Below, piece after piece: positions 1 to 13,259 of a stretch of 32,834 nucleotides of DNA. Both the position numbers and the translations under genes were made by a program. Positions within the stretch are counted from its first letter, which is position 1. Each line of letters begins with the position of its first letter. The notes beneath the pieces are model-generated. The model had not been told where the DNA came from. It made no database searches and was given only the letters and a program-made list of their open reading frames with translations. Location: NCBI GenBank assembly GCA_003990765.1, contig RBNJ01000332.1, positions 1-32,834 of the forward strand, read 5' to 3'. This DNA is from Jimgerdemannia flammicorona. Its lineage: Eukaryota.

Positions 1-102
1 AAAAAAAAAAAATATGTATATCAATGAGTAGCTCCTTTTTCGCCTTCCCCAACCACAAACAAGCAGGATATCATTACATCGCACCCTATACATAACGGAC
101 AT

Positions 103-3100
103 CTAGAACATCCCCGGCCCTCCCACCGCTGCTCTCCCCACACTATACCCCGGTTGTGTGGACCCCGCACTATCCCTCGCGCTCTCCCCGTCAAAATCGT
201 CCTCGTCGCCGCTGGATCCTGTCTCAGGTGTCGCATGTAACCTCAGTTGACGCGTATCCCCGTCCTCATCCCTCTTCAGTCCCATCTTATACTGCGACAC
301 GACCCCGACATGCCCGGCGGCCTGCGCCCTCCGCTGCATGTGTGTCTCGTCGCTTATGACGGGCGTGACAGGCGGGGTGGCGTGACGGGCCAGGAGGTTG
401 GTGACCGACGTAGCGGCGTGCGGGTGGGCCGAGTCCGGCGATGGTGCCTCGAGACCGATACCGGCGTGCGCTCCCGGGGCAGACGAGGTGGAGCCGCCAT
501 AGAGGCCGTGGCTCTGCTGGCCATGGGGTACTGGTGTAGATGAGAAGGCGATGGTACCGAGCGGGTTCAGCGTGAATCTGACGTTCGGATCCGGGGATGG
601 GAGCGAGGGTTGACGAAGAGTGGAGGGGGTGGTTGCAACGGTGGTGGTGATGATGGTGGGGAGTTCGGTGGGGCTCGAATTGAGATCATCGTCCATACCG
701 TAACGCTTCTCCTCCTCGATGTCTTCGCCGGCGAACGAGCGTGTTGCAATCTTGTGTTCCTGCCTTGGGGAGCCGTCGTCCTGGAACCGTGACTGGCGCT
801 GCTGCCACCGCTCCTCACCCATGGCAATGGTTTTGGAGCGGCGGTTCACCATTTGGTGGGACGTAGGGCTGTCTCGGCCCTTGTAGGGGTTGGGACTCGT
901 GTGCATGTCACGACTGAACCGCCTGATGTTGCCGAAGGGAGCCGGGAAGGGCTCGCCCGGGCCGGAGTCGATGGTACAGGCGGGTGGATGCTCGCCCGAG
1001 GGAGAGGCGTCCAACATGGACATACGCGAGTCCATTACGGCCATGCCTTCTTCCACCTTGGAAGTCTGGAGAAGGAGAATCCCTGAGCAAATAACGAGAA
1101 AGCCGGCGACTATAGTCACAATGTCCGTAACAGATGCATTGAAGCCTTGGAAGAGGACGGCGGACGAGACGATGGTGAAAGATGTGAAGATGACGTAGTA
1201 GATTGGAGTGACTAGCGAGGTGTTGAAGAGGTTGAGGGCCTTGTTGAGATAGTTGATCTCCGTGAGCAGGGTGACGACGACGAAGGCCAGGAGGACATAC
1301 AGAAACGGTTGGTCGAATTGGTTTTTGACCGCGGCGGAGTAAACGATGGCCGTGCCCAAGCCTTGAGTGCACACGACGGATAGCGAACCAATGAGTGAGC
1401 ACACCGTAATGTAAACCAACATGCTCTTCTTGCCGTAGCGCGGACCCATGTAAAATATTAGGACGAGCGAAATGACGATGGCCAAACTCATGTAGACCAA
1501 GAATCCTGCACACAAAAATCAAAGATATCAAAAGGCCGGTGTGTCAGTGAGCGATGAATACATCCAATCGTCTTCACTCCTCTGATTGGTCCGCCTCTTT
1601 CTTCCTCGGACTTCTTTCTCTTCACTGGCCATCCCGACCACCCCAACTCAACTCACCAGGTGCTGTCGCCAATGTCTGAAAATGGTTGATGCCCGCCTCG
1701 GCCGCCTTGTTCTCCGGCGCGTGCAGCACAATAATCGTAGCACCAATGATGCATTGCGCGCAACCAACCTTGCCCTGAAAGTTCAACCGTTCCTTGAGGA
1801 AGAAGGAAGAGAGGACGGCGCTGCGTGATGGAATTGATGGGTTGAAAGCGTTAATCAAGTACCGATGTATGTTTGCGCCCGGTTCCCCTCCGCCGCATCC
1901 CCATCTCGCATCCCGTGGACCTCCTTTCTCCTCACCCACTATCATCAACAGCGCCTTTTCTTTTCCCACACACACTCACCTCAACACGACACTCAACGCC
2001 CCCAGCGGCGTGACCAAGATGGCCTGGGTGAAAGCGTACGCGACGAAATTGCAGAGCTCGCCGATGATCACTGCAGGAAGCCGACAAAGCGCACGTTAAG
2101 GGAGGGGAGGAATATGGAAACCCGATCCAAATTGAAACGCTAGTGGGATCGGAAGCCACGGAACGATTGAACTCACTCAGGATCATGCCGGTCCACCACA
2201 TGCTGGATTTTAGGTAGTCATGGTGTTCGCCAGCGACACCGCCTGTGAATGGACGGATCGCGGAGGAGAAAAGGACGGGATGAATGATGAATATTATTGA
2301 AATCAAGGACACAAACATCAGGATGCCTCTTTCTGCGTCTGTGCCCACCCTCCAATATATGCGCGCAAGCAATTGTGTTCGTTTGAACCTCAGGCACGTC
2401 ACCCTGACATGCCACGCAACGCACATATAGCCAGAACGTCTTCACCTCATCATTCCCAATGTGATCAAACAACGCTGCAAGGCGAACCGAACGCGTACGC
2501 ACCCAGTTTGTTTGTAGAATCTAGCAGACCCTTTTTCTTGAAGACGAAACTCGAGCCAATGAAGACGCCTGTGGATAGGTATGTGATGCGGAGGGCGGGG
2601 GAGAGCGAGCTAGACTGTTAGTTGGTTAGTCTGGCAAATTCGGCACACTGGTAGGATCCTTTTCTTTTCTATTCCATTATCCTGGTGTATGGTCATTCGA
2701 TGTACCGTGCTTGGCGTTCATTGACACTCAGTCACGGTTATATTGGGTTTGCCCACAGCAAATGCTACGAAGCGATATTTGGATCTTTTTCTGTCTCTTT
2801 TAGGGAGTCGGGGGGGGGGGTTGGTGGTGTTGGTGGTGTGGTGGTATATATGACGTTACAGGTGCCGTGCTCTTTCATGTGCAATTGGCTTGCTTTTTCG
2901 ACATGGCTCAGTAATTCCGGCTCAGCAATTCCGGTATCGTCCTATTCGTCTGTGAGCGTGCTACTCAACGTTGGAAAGATGGACGACAACCTACCGCTTG
3001 CAATCGCCAGCGATATACCGATGAACTTGTAGAGAGTTTGTGTGCTCTCGGTAGACATGCCGGACATGTTGGTCGAGGCGGTCAGGTTGAAAGTGGAAGA

Positions 3101-3112
3101 GTTTGAGCTCAT
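103..3112 (-). CDS. NIPA-family magnesium transporter, ~635 aa, 6 exons: 3112-2995, 2568-2503, 2242-2177, 2070-1980, 1820-1657, 1505-103
   Basis: GT-AG splicing gives MSSNSSTFNLTAS...YKFIGISLAIASGVFIGSSFVFKKKGLL...[57 protein letters not shown]...YLNKALNLFNTSLVTPIYYVIFT, which are NIPA-family motifs. Exons total 1908 nt. The C-terminal tail is long and low-complexity. Confidence 0.93.
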
Positions 3113-4720
3113 TGAATGGCGGTGGGTATTCGGGTCGTGTTCCTTTTTCGGTGTTGCTGGCAGGATTCACGGAGGGGCGTGAACCTAACTGGTTGTGGGT
3201 AAGAAAGGCTGAACAGCAAGAGCAGGTTCGGGTCGTTGTTATTATTATATGAGGCTGGTCTGTCGGTTTCCCAGAGAGGGTGAGGCTGAGAAGGGAAGGG
3301 GCAGGAAGCTAAATTGGGCAGGCTAGCCACCAACTCAGGGACCTGCCTCTCCGACATGCCATCAATATTGTCATAGAATAGCTCACCTGCTGGATGATAC
3401 GCCGCAGGAAGTACTTGTCACTTCGTTGCAGGGGCGACCGCTATTGACACAGATAGCAACAGGCAGAACAGGCAGGAAGATAATTTTGTCGCGAGTATAT
3501 TTAGCTCACACCCACTTATGGCGATGCGCTTGTGACAGCGGATGAAGGGGTATGCCTTCTGCCCGGTGGAGCGGACGGCGCAGGACGCAGTAATAGAGTA
3601 CAAAGAATCCACCTTTGTCAACGGCGTTTCTAACCTGAAACGAAAGCAGCCCCCCTCCAGAAGACCGAATATCCAGCTTGTCAGTTCGAATGCCAAGGAA
3701 GGCGTACGTTGGAGGGTTTGTTTCGGAAGCGAACCTAAAGAGCGGTTTTCCTCGTCGACAATGCGTTTTGTGTCCCGTGCTCGTTATAATCTGCTGAACT
3801 GGCTCCAATATTCTGCGCGTGCAACCAGTCAACCTTTTCCGGCGAGGGGATTCTTCCAATTGCGCAATAGCCTCGGAAAACCACTTTTGGTACACAAGTG
3901 GTTGGAACCCGTAATATGGGGCTTGGTTTTGCTAAGGCGTGCACACTTTTGGCGTGTCGTGGATCATGCGAGCAGACGATGGCGGCATGGTTCGCGCATG
4001 GTACGTCGATAGAGGGACTTTATTTTTTTATTTTGGGCGTACAAGTGTCGTAAAACTGAAGAAACAGCATCATCCTCTATCTCACATAAGCAAAATCAGT
4101 TGACACCACGCGCCAAAATCCATAACTCACAATACTTGCCCTGTACTTGGTTTCGATCAGAAAGTTCTTCTGTGCTCGTCGGTTTTCCGGAAATCTTTAC
4201 AGCAACAGGTCGTGATGAAATAACATAATTATCTATAATTGCATGGGGGCCGGAAATGACGTTTCTATTCCCGACACGACCATTGCAGAGCGGACATACT
4301 GGTAGCTCTGGTTGATGTAACGCTTTTCGATCCGATTATCAGTCAGTGTTTACAGTAGAACAACTCTACCAGAGCCCTCTTGCTCTTAGAATCATACCCA
4401 GAAGGTAAGCAACACCTATACTATTTTTCGCCTAGCGTCAACATTTATAACATTTATCTAAAAATCTAATTATAAGTAGCTAAATAAGATTAGGATGCAC
4501 ATGCCAAAGATAATACCAACGGAACCCGCCCGACACATCCGGGACTGAACTTTCACAGCTCAGATATGACCGTAATCGGCAGTGCAATGGACATGTTTGT
4601 ATGCAACAAAAAAAACCATCTGAGGTAGCCTCTTTTGGCACTTATACCTTTTAGCGCGCACACAAACAACCTCGCAAACAACTTCTTTGACGCACGCTGA
4701 CAGCTTCACTAGACGTACCA

Positions 4721-5432
4721 ATGTCCAATATTATTCTCATCTGCCGGATCTCCGGCAAAATCTGTTCACTTGAGGTCGCGATTCTCCCAACGAAGACAGT
4801 TACAGAGCTCACGGAACTAATCATGGACATGAAGAAGAACGAATTTGCTCACCTCGATCCCGATCAGCTTGCACTCTGGAAGGTTAACCTCCGCGATGGC
4901 GATCAGGCTGCGTTCGAGGACCTCGTTTTGGATAAGGGCATAGAGATGATGGAAAATTAGCAGGTATTTCCCTGAACAGCCCCCTGATGAGCATATTCAC
5001 GTAATTATTGAACCACTACATGCTGATTATCACAGCGGAAGACAGAGGAGTTGTTCGCGGATCCAGGCGAGAATGACGTTGGCGGGTGAACCTTTGAGCA
5101 ATCCTGATGTTGACGTGGACACACATCCTTGCGCCCTTGCGCTTCATTTAAAACACATGATACCCGAATTCCCAACAGATATTTTTCTATGCATCGCCCG
5201 CTTCTCTGACGCGAACCTCAAGCGCACCCTCCGCCGGGTCTGCAGTACCTTCTGTGATCTCCTCGACGACCCTCTTCATCACGACCTGTTAACCGATGGA
5301 CGCCTGCCGTGCAAACATGGCTGCAGACAAGGGTTGACTGTTAGCTGTGGTGGCAGTCTGGAACCCTTCTCCGATGCGGATGCGATGGCAGACCGAGCCC
5401 GCAAAGAGGTAGGCAAGATACTCCGCGACTAG
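4721..5432 (+). pseudogene. Frameshifted Crinkler (CRN)-like N-terminal ubiquitin-like domain followed in frame by an F-box-like motif
   Basis: ORF 4721-4960 contains LDPDQLALWKVNL (CRN LxLWKV-type motif). A shifted frame from 4950 reads WKISRYFPEQPPDEHIHVIIEP (CRN HVLV-type end motif) and stays open into ORF 5073-5432, which contains IPEFPTDIFLCIARFSDANLKRTLRRVCSTFCDLLD (F-box-like). Confidence 0.72.
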
Positions 5433-7861
5433 TGCGGCGCCAGTGTCCATGACATACGTATGCCAACCGCACCATCACCAACGCAGCATAGCAGCCGATA
5501 AAAGCGCACCGGCCATATCGGACAGAGGATTTATCTTTTATTAGATTCAAGTCTCTGCTTAAGTGTCATGGTTCAACATCTTAAACGACATCTTATTTAC
5601 AAGTGGTAGTAATGCTAACAATGTATGTGCACATTATAGAACAGCATTCCCGAATTTTTGGGTTGCCATTCCTTCCGAGTCATACTACTAACAAATACAA
5701 TTGCTTTATCTTATTTTTCAACCAGGCCTGTATGAGAATAGTGCTTCTACTCGCGAGAGGAGAGACGCAATAGACCCTCAGTACCAACTTCCAAATCATA
5801 ATACCTCCCCTTGATTTTGCATCACAATAAAAGCTATAGCACCTGGGCATGATGTATCTGACATGGAACGCCGCGATAATAATGCACGGCCACAAGCCCA
5901 TCTTTCACCATCGTCAACTTCGACCATCCTTGCCACCGTTTCATTGCCTCCATCGGATACCTCTCCCACGTGGGAACCTTGATACTCCTTTCCACGTCTC
6001 CATTGACAAAACGGAAAGGCCTCCTCCGGCGAGTCGAAGGGCCCGCGCAGCCGGTAGGGCTCGTGGAGATTTTCCATATTTTTCAGGGAAAAACTTGCCT
6101 GGCTTCATTTAATTCTCCACTCTCGGATTTTTGATGGTATCGAATAAGTCTAGGCAATCACGGCGAATTCAGTTGCGAGCTAAAAAGAAGGCCTGCAAAA
6201 TTAAAAAGCAACTAATAATAAATAAATAAATAAACTCTGAATAAGTCATTTTTCTTTGTCACATGAACGCGAAGGTTTACAGGGGGTCCACTTGAAAACA
6301 GCCGGTTCCTTGCCCGCTTTCAGCGGCATAGAGCTGAACGCTTTCGCGGTTTCGTTGTGGTCGGTCGGTTTAGTCGTGCGTTCGGAGTACAAGAGCACAA
6401 AACGAAACTACCGATTTTCTATAAGATACTACAATCGCGAAAGATGCTTACTTGTTAGGTGCTGAAGGTCCTGCCGCTCGGATAGAGTTCAGCATTAAAC
6501 ATTGACTGTAGTCGCTAACCTATTTTGATTACATACATCTCTCCCTCGGAATAAATCACGGGAAAAAATAGAACTATATGATATATCCGTGCATTGACAT
6601 AAAAGGGTAAAGAGAAAGGCAAAATGATTCAGACACTCCAATCGGATAATCTATCGTTATGGAAACAGTATGCTTTCAAGGCAATCTCATACAAAATGTA
6701 TGTAATTGGAGGCGAAATAGTTCACTTGCATGGGATGAACGCCCCCGGTTGACCACTGAGTATTTGTTTGTTTAGATGTTTACAGCCGAGATGCAGATGC
6801 AGATGAAAAGGCGCTTTACATAATCGAAGCACGTGACAAACGTGACAAACATAAAATATCGATTGCTGATCTAGCATGAAACTGATGTTCGTTGCTATGA
6901 TGCATCCGTGGAGCAGACTGCGATGATCTATATTCAAAAACTACCCTCGCAATGTTAGGCGGACCTTGTAAAAACACAACGACGATCTCAGCAACACGCT
7001 TACGGAGCCCATGTAGTACGATGCTTAGGTACACTCTAATTACAATAGGATTATGGAAAGCATGGTACATACAGGGTTCTACCGTGGGCTCACTCTTTTG
7101 CAAGACATGTCTGGATGTTGCCACGTGGCGTGGCGACGAATGTGTGCAAAAGATACGACATTAGACATTGTAATAACTGTGGTTGTGGCTGACATATCCA
7201 GCTAGTGCACGAAACAGAAAGAGGAACTAGAAAGTCGAGCGTATTTGCATACCTATACCATTACCAATATTCGACATCGATTACCATACACAACATCGTA
7301 GCTACTGGTTAATATTAGCGCTTAATTGAAGCTCACACTTATCACCGAGACGTCGGCACGGGAATTTGAAAAAAGCGATCACGATGCTCCACAGGATTCT
7401 GAGCATAAACGCGCGTGATCTTTCGTATTCCTTGAGGCCTTGAGGGTAATGCGGCCTAATAAACTTGTTTCCATCACAGAAGGTTTTTCGAAGCACTGCG
7501 GATAATAAAAAACGAAGAACACAAAATATTTTTGATTTGATCCAGGCATCAGCCTCCAAGTAGTTATTTATTAGTAAACATGCCACCTACTCCGAGTGAC
7601 TTTGCCCGAGACACGGAGCTCAGAACTGAAGTTTTCCAAATCAGGTTTCGTCGTCATTGCCAGGCTCAAAGGTGTACCCCGTCGTCCAGACCATTAAGGC
7701 AATCTATCCAGAAAGGAAGCTGGGGATTCACCGGTGCCGACCTTGATTTCTGTGGCAGCCCCTTGTCGTTTTCCCTTTCCGCGCAGTCATCCGATAGCAT
7801 GGGCGACTCTGGACATCCCGCAGCCTCGGATCAATTAATGTGTGACGTTCTACCTTGTCAA

Positions 7862-7868
7862 TATAAAA
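7862..7868 (+). promoter_or_regulatory. Putative TATA box of the MFS gene
   Basis: TATAAAA lies about 90 nt upstream of the ATG at 7955, which has an A-rich context (CAAAATG). Confidence 0.45.
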
Positions 7869-7954
7869 GACCGAGAACATCCTCGTATTTCGTTACCTGG
7901 CACTTCTATACAAATTATTCCTAGATCACCGATATCAAACATCCCCAAAACAAA

Positions 7955-10472
7955 ATGCCGATAAACACCTCCAAAGGCAGCGAGGAAACGTTAAGGGATT
8001 CGACTGAGGTCGCCAAACCCAGCTTTGTTACCGAAAAGGAAGGCCCTGTTCAGGTCTCTCTCGAAAAGCTACAAATTGCTACCACCGCGATTTCGGCGGA
8101 GCGGACATTCCTGCAAGGCAGAGAATTGGCATTCGTGTTTATAGGGTAAGCTTAATAATGAAAGTCACCTCTCAGTATCTCCCGACCACATTGCTGATGC
8201 TTATTTTGCATCGTGTAGGCTCGCACTTTCTCTGTTTCTATCGGCGTTGGACTCGACAATAGGTAAGGAGGACTTTCGGAGAAAAAAAAAAAACAAAATC
8301 TTGCTTATTCAGCAATTAAATCCATACTTTCTGCAATCAAAGTCGCTACCGCGTTGCCCAAAATCGCCTCCGAATTCAATGGGTTGGACAGATCTAGTTG
8401 GGTTGTCACTTCTTACATCTTGACATATAATGTGAGTGTGCACCTTAAAGTTTTTGGATCGGCTCCAACACCCCGGACAAATACTAATCCCTTGCTGGCA
8501 AATTATATAATTATAATTGTAGGGTAATTATTCGGTAGATCCGTCGTCACTCTAGCACCCGCGATTTCCTGGGTTATGTCAACTGACGACTTCCCAATCC
8601 GTGTCCACAGCATTCCAACCTCTGTACAGCAAATTTTCGGACATCTTCGGTCGCAAGCCAACCCTCATGATCGGCATTGTCATTTTCTTGGTCGGAAGTG
8701 CCCTGTGTGGCGCTGCCACCAGCATGAACATGTTGTTCGGGTTCAGGGCCCTCCAAGGTCTTGGTGGTGCCGGTATGCATATCATTTGCCATGATTACGT
8801 TGCATTTCGTCGCTCCCAAGACTCTTGTTGATACTCAATTCTGATTTCTGCCAGGGGTTTTTTCGCTCGTCATGATTGTTATGTCGGAGATTGTTCCTCT
8901 TGAGAAACGTGGCAAATATAGCGGCATCATTAATGCTGTTTTTGTACTTTCCAGTGTATTCGGACCTCTCCTAGGAGTAAGTATGATGATCTAGCTCTAT
9001 CACACGCATCGTGGTATTTGATTCCACCAACCTCATAAATTTTCACCGTATCAATAGGGTGCCATCGCCGACCACGCCAACTGGCGTTGGATCTTTTACA
9101 TCAAGTAAGTGTCTCCTCAAATGGTGGATAGATACGTCAACGTTCGTCAACGTTGTGATCTACAGAGTCAGTGACCTAACCGATTTCCTCAAAACAGCCT
9201 TCCCATAGGTATCTGTGCCATGGCCACGATTTGGTATTATCTCAGATTCCCGAACCCCACCGGTTCGCTTCGCGAAAAGCTTCGGAGAGTCGACTTCCTG
9301 GGCACTTTTTTCATTGTTACCGCTACCACTGCGCTCTTGTTCGCTCTCGAATCCAGCAGCAGCCAATACCCCTGGAGCAGTACGCCCATCCTCTCGTGCC
9401 TTGCCCTCGGGGTATTCCTCTGCGGTTGCTTCATCCTTGTCGAGTGGAAAGTGGCCGCTGAGCCATTGATTCCACTTCGCTTGTTCAAGAATCGAACCAT
9501 TACTGCCGTATACATCAGTAACTGGATGTTTGGCACCGCTTTCTTTGGCATAATCATAAATCTACCATCCTTCTTTCAGGTATGTTCAACTTTTATCTCT
9601 ATCGGGATGAACTTTATTTCCCAAAATGCAACACTGACGACTATACGCATTAACAGATCGTACAAGGTTCCTCGGCCACCGCCTCCGGTCTCAAGTTGCT
9701 CCCTATACAACTCTCCATCGCCATCACCTCCGCCTTTTCCGGGTACCTCATTTCCCGCTTCGGCAGATACCTTTACCTCTACATCATCGGCACAACACTG
9801 ATGACCATTGGTATGGTTCTGATCAGCTTCTTCAGTGAGACCCTCTCTGATGGATCCCAGTATGGCTTTATGGTCATCACGGGGGTCGGTCTGGGTTTAA
9901 TCCTCTCCTCATCCATCATCGCCGTGCAGTCTGCCAGCGAAGTTCGCGACCTCGCCGTCGTTACCGGAACGGCCAATTTCATGCGTATTCTTGGCGGCGC
10001 CATCGGTGTCGCCATCTGCTCCTCCGCGCTACAGAGCCGCCTCGACACCATACTTCCGGCCATCCTCTCGCCGGACCTCGTCGGGCCCGCCAAGCAGTCC
10101 GCCACATTCATTCACAATAGCCTTCCTGCCAGTCTGCAGGCCGCCGTCATCCACGCGTATGTTGAGGGTTTCCAGCTCATGTACCACGTCTTGGTCGCGT
10201 TCACGGCAACCTCGCTCATCGCATCACTCTTCGTGAAGCATCATCCGTTGAAAAAGGCGCGGAGGAATCTGGCTCCCGATCCAACGCCGGTGCACCAGGA
10301 GATTTTGAAGGATGTGGAGAAGCAGGCGCCATTAGAAGACGAGAATGAGGTGGCTGGTGAACCGTCTCTTGTCTTGTCCAAGGTACCGACTAGTGATGCC
10401 ATCGGTCTCGGCACTATGGCGATGCAAACCGCTGTTGTGGGGAGTCCGGTTGTGTATGATACCAAAGAATAG
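7955..10472 (+). CDS. MFS drug:H+ antiporter (DHA2/14-TMS type), ~617 aa; exons 7955-8145, 8219-8262, 8343-8431, 8523 (1 nt), 8611-8772, 8855-8976, 9058-9104, 9198-9579, 9657-10472
   Basis: The spliced product has LALSLFLSALDSTIVATALPKIA, WVVTSYILTYNAFQPLYSKFSDIFGRK, FRALQGLGGAG, IVPLEKRGKY, FGPLLGGAI, WRWIFYINLPIG and EPLIPLRLFKNR, all typical DHA2 motifs. Exons total 1854 nt. Confidence 0.93.
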
Positions 10473-10862
10473 AAATTATAGACGCCCCACATGCTGGATT
10501 TAACATATTTAATGATCCCGTTTTGGTATATTGTTTGCCTATTACCTTTGTATATACATTGTTTACTAACATAATGTTCATTAACAAATTACTGTATCGA
10601 TCGTATTTCTATTTTGAATATTAAATAGGTTGTGTGTATATACTGGTTTAAAATAAAAATAAAAAATACGTCGAAAGTGAGGTTGTGGAAAATATATGTC
10701 AACAAAGACGTACATAAAACGTCATTGACGCCGCGGTGGGGTCATATCTGCACGCATGCCAGTCACGCTCCCTACCCACACACTCACTCAGGACAAACCC
10801 ACACTCTTTACAACCATCCTCCAGCCCCCTTTTCAACAACACAACCTCCCTCTACCAACACA

Positions 10863-13259
10863 ATGACCACCACACTCAAGAAACTACATTCCAAACACGA
10901 GGAGGAAGGTGCTATGTATACCGCCCTCCGCCACCTCGCAAAGTTCGCCGCCTGGGTTTATTTCCGTCAGATCAAGATCATCACCCACGAAGATGTGCCA
11001 AAGGCAGGCCCTGTGCTAATGTATGTACTTGTGGCTTCTTCTTTGGTGTAGTACGGTTTCGAGTGGCGCGATCTATGAACCTTCATCTCGGGATGTATCC
11101 AAAGTTCGTCTTGCGCCGCAAGGCTTCAATTGGCCCAATTGATTAGTAGTTCTAAAACAATACGCAATTATCTTCTCTCGAATCTCTACGTTCTGATACA
11201 TCCGCTATTTTCATCAGTGCTGGGTAAGTGTAGGTCAATTGGTTTGTGAAGGGAAGGATACTTATGCGTTGGAATCACAAGCTCTCCTTTTGATCGCCTG
11301 TATTCGAACTTTTATTTATACATTTTTTGCTCTACCTTCACCCACAGCACCCACGCCAACATGGTTCTCGATCCGGCCATGATCATCGTGTCCGCACCCT
11401 ACGACCGCCCCGCCCACTTCTGGGCTATGTCCAAGTTCTTCGCCAATCCCGTCGTGGGCTACATCTTCACCTCGGCCGGTGTCGTTCCCGTGGATGTGAA
11501 GAACCATCAAAACGATAAGCTGTTTGAGAGCACGTTCAAGACGCTGGAAAAGGGCGAGATCGTGGCTCTGTTCCCCGAAGGTACAGTGTGTGGTTCCTGG
11601 AGGGGGGGGGGTGGGGATAAGTCAAAGGATTTGATGTTTCAATCTTTCAACAAATTCTCACCCAACGTCGCTCGCTCGAAATCAATTCTCGCTCTATCCA
11701 CCTCCCATCATTCTCAGGTACGTCGTATACAGCCCCTCACATCCTCCCGATGAAGGATGGCCTCTCTTGGGCGGCCTTCGAGTACGCCAAGAAGCAGTCC
11801 GAGGGCAACATCCTCGAGGGTCCCGGGCGCGAGCCAATCGCCATCATTCCCGTGGGAATTGTTTACACCAATAAGAATAAGTGGCGAAATGAGGTGATTG
11901 TGGAGTGCGTATCTTGGGGAGAATTTTTTTGTGGGAGGAGGGAATGAGCTGGGATTTCATTTGTTGCCGAGAGAGTGCCTACGGCGCGGGGGGTGTGCCC
12001 ATATTACCCTCCATTACCCTAAACAACTTCTCCGACGCTCTATTGAAATAGATACGCGAAACCCATCCACATCGACTCCGTCATGCTCTCCGGCTTCATT
12101 GAAGATCCTAAGTCTGCGGTGAAGCGGCTGACAGCGCGGATCGTCGAGGAGTGTACGAGGATGACCATCAATGCGCCCGATTGGTCGGTTAGGAAGCGGA
12201 GAATGGGCATGCTTTATGAGCTTGTGAGCGCGCTCGTAGCCGATTTTGCTGGTTTGGTTTGGCTAAGTTTCGACTTTGTCTTTTTTTTTTTTTTTTAGGG
12301 ATACCGCACATGCTGCGAACACAGCACGGAGGATCTTGGTTGGAGATCGTAACGGTGTTAGATTGGAGGATTATGTAAAGGTGTCGCAAAGGTGGGTGTC
12401 CATCTTTTTTGTTTACATCGATAGGGACAATGTAAATGTTTGCCCATCTTTGAACAATCGAGTTATGGTCCAATTCTGGCATTGTGATTTCGATGATATA
12501 TCCAAAGGAATCTTATATCTGATATGTCTTGTCTCACACTTCTCAACCACCTTTTTTTTTTGTTTCAGCTTCACCAACATCTTCCATCCCACCAACGTCA
12601 CTAACAACCCCGCTCTCTCCACCCTCAAGTTCCGTCTCCGCACCTTAAATTCAACCCTCCATTTCCTCCAGCTTTCCAACGGCGATATCGCCCTCTACCA
12701 AAGCAACGGCCTCTCCCTCTCCACCGCCTGCCTCCTCCTCGCTACCACGACCCTCCGGCTCCTCCTCGAGCTCCCTCTCTTCCTCCCTGGCATCCTCTTC
12801 CACTCCCCCATGTACGTCCTCGGCAAGCTCGCCGAGACCAAGGAGCGCTACCAGGAGTCCGTCGCCCAGGACAAGGTTTTCATCGGCATCGCCCTCTTCC
12901 CGATCCTGTACGGCACCCTGTGGCTCTATACCTGGCGCCTGACCGGCTTCAGTCTCCTCGGCTTCATCCTCGCCACCGCACTCGTTCCCACTTTCGCCCT
13001 CTACCACATGACACTGCTTGACGAGCGCTACCAGAGCCTCAAAGATGTCGTCGCAGCGTGGCGCATGTTTGTTGCCGTGTCAGGCGGGGCGGAGCAGAGG
13101 AGGGAAGTCGAGGAGGTGGTCGAGCTGCGCAAATGGTGCGCTGAGGAGGTAAAGAAGGTGTTGTGGGAGGAGGCTAGGAACGGGAACAAGGACGCTGAGT
13201 ACCTCGTCGAATATGCCGCGCCGCTGTTTAGGGGCTTCCAAGAGCAAGAAAAGCAGTGA
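10863..13259 (+). CDS. Glycerol-3-phosphate/DHAP O-acyltransferase (fungal GPT2/SCT1-like), ~499 aa; exons 10863-11020, 11218-11223, 11348-11580, 11718-11904, 12052-12183, 12299-12391, 12569-13259
   Basis: Acyltransferase motifs THANMVLDP (Hx5D as in SCT1/GPT2), GVVPVD, LFPEGTSY, IIPVGIVY and TINAPDW are present, followed by C-terminal transmembrane segments. Exons total 1500 nt. Confidence 0.88.

Noticed and set aside
156..1531. Antisense and alternative-frame ORFs over the NIPA last exon (likewise 9779-10111 and 12651-13007)
   Set aside because: They are shadow ORFs caused by GC-rich codon usage of the real genes.
3418..4012. Overlapping ORFs of 92-156 aa upstream of the NIPA gene
   Set aside because: No recognisable motif or consistent splice model; they may be a gene relic but I cannot support a call.
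5680..7924. Short ORFs between the Crinkler relic and the MFS gene
   Set aside because: No domain signatures and no coherent exon chain; treated as intergenic.
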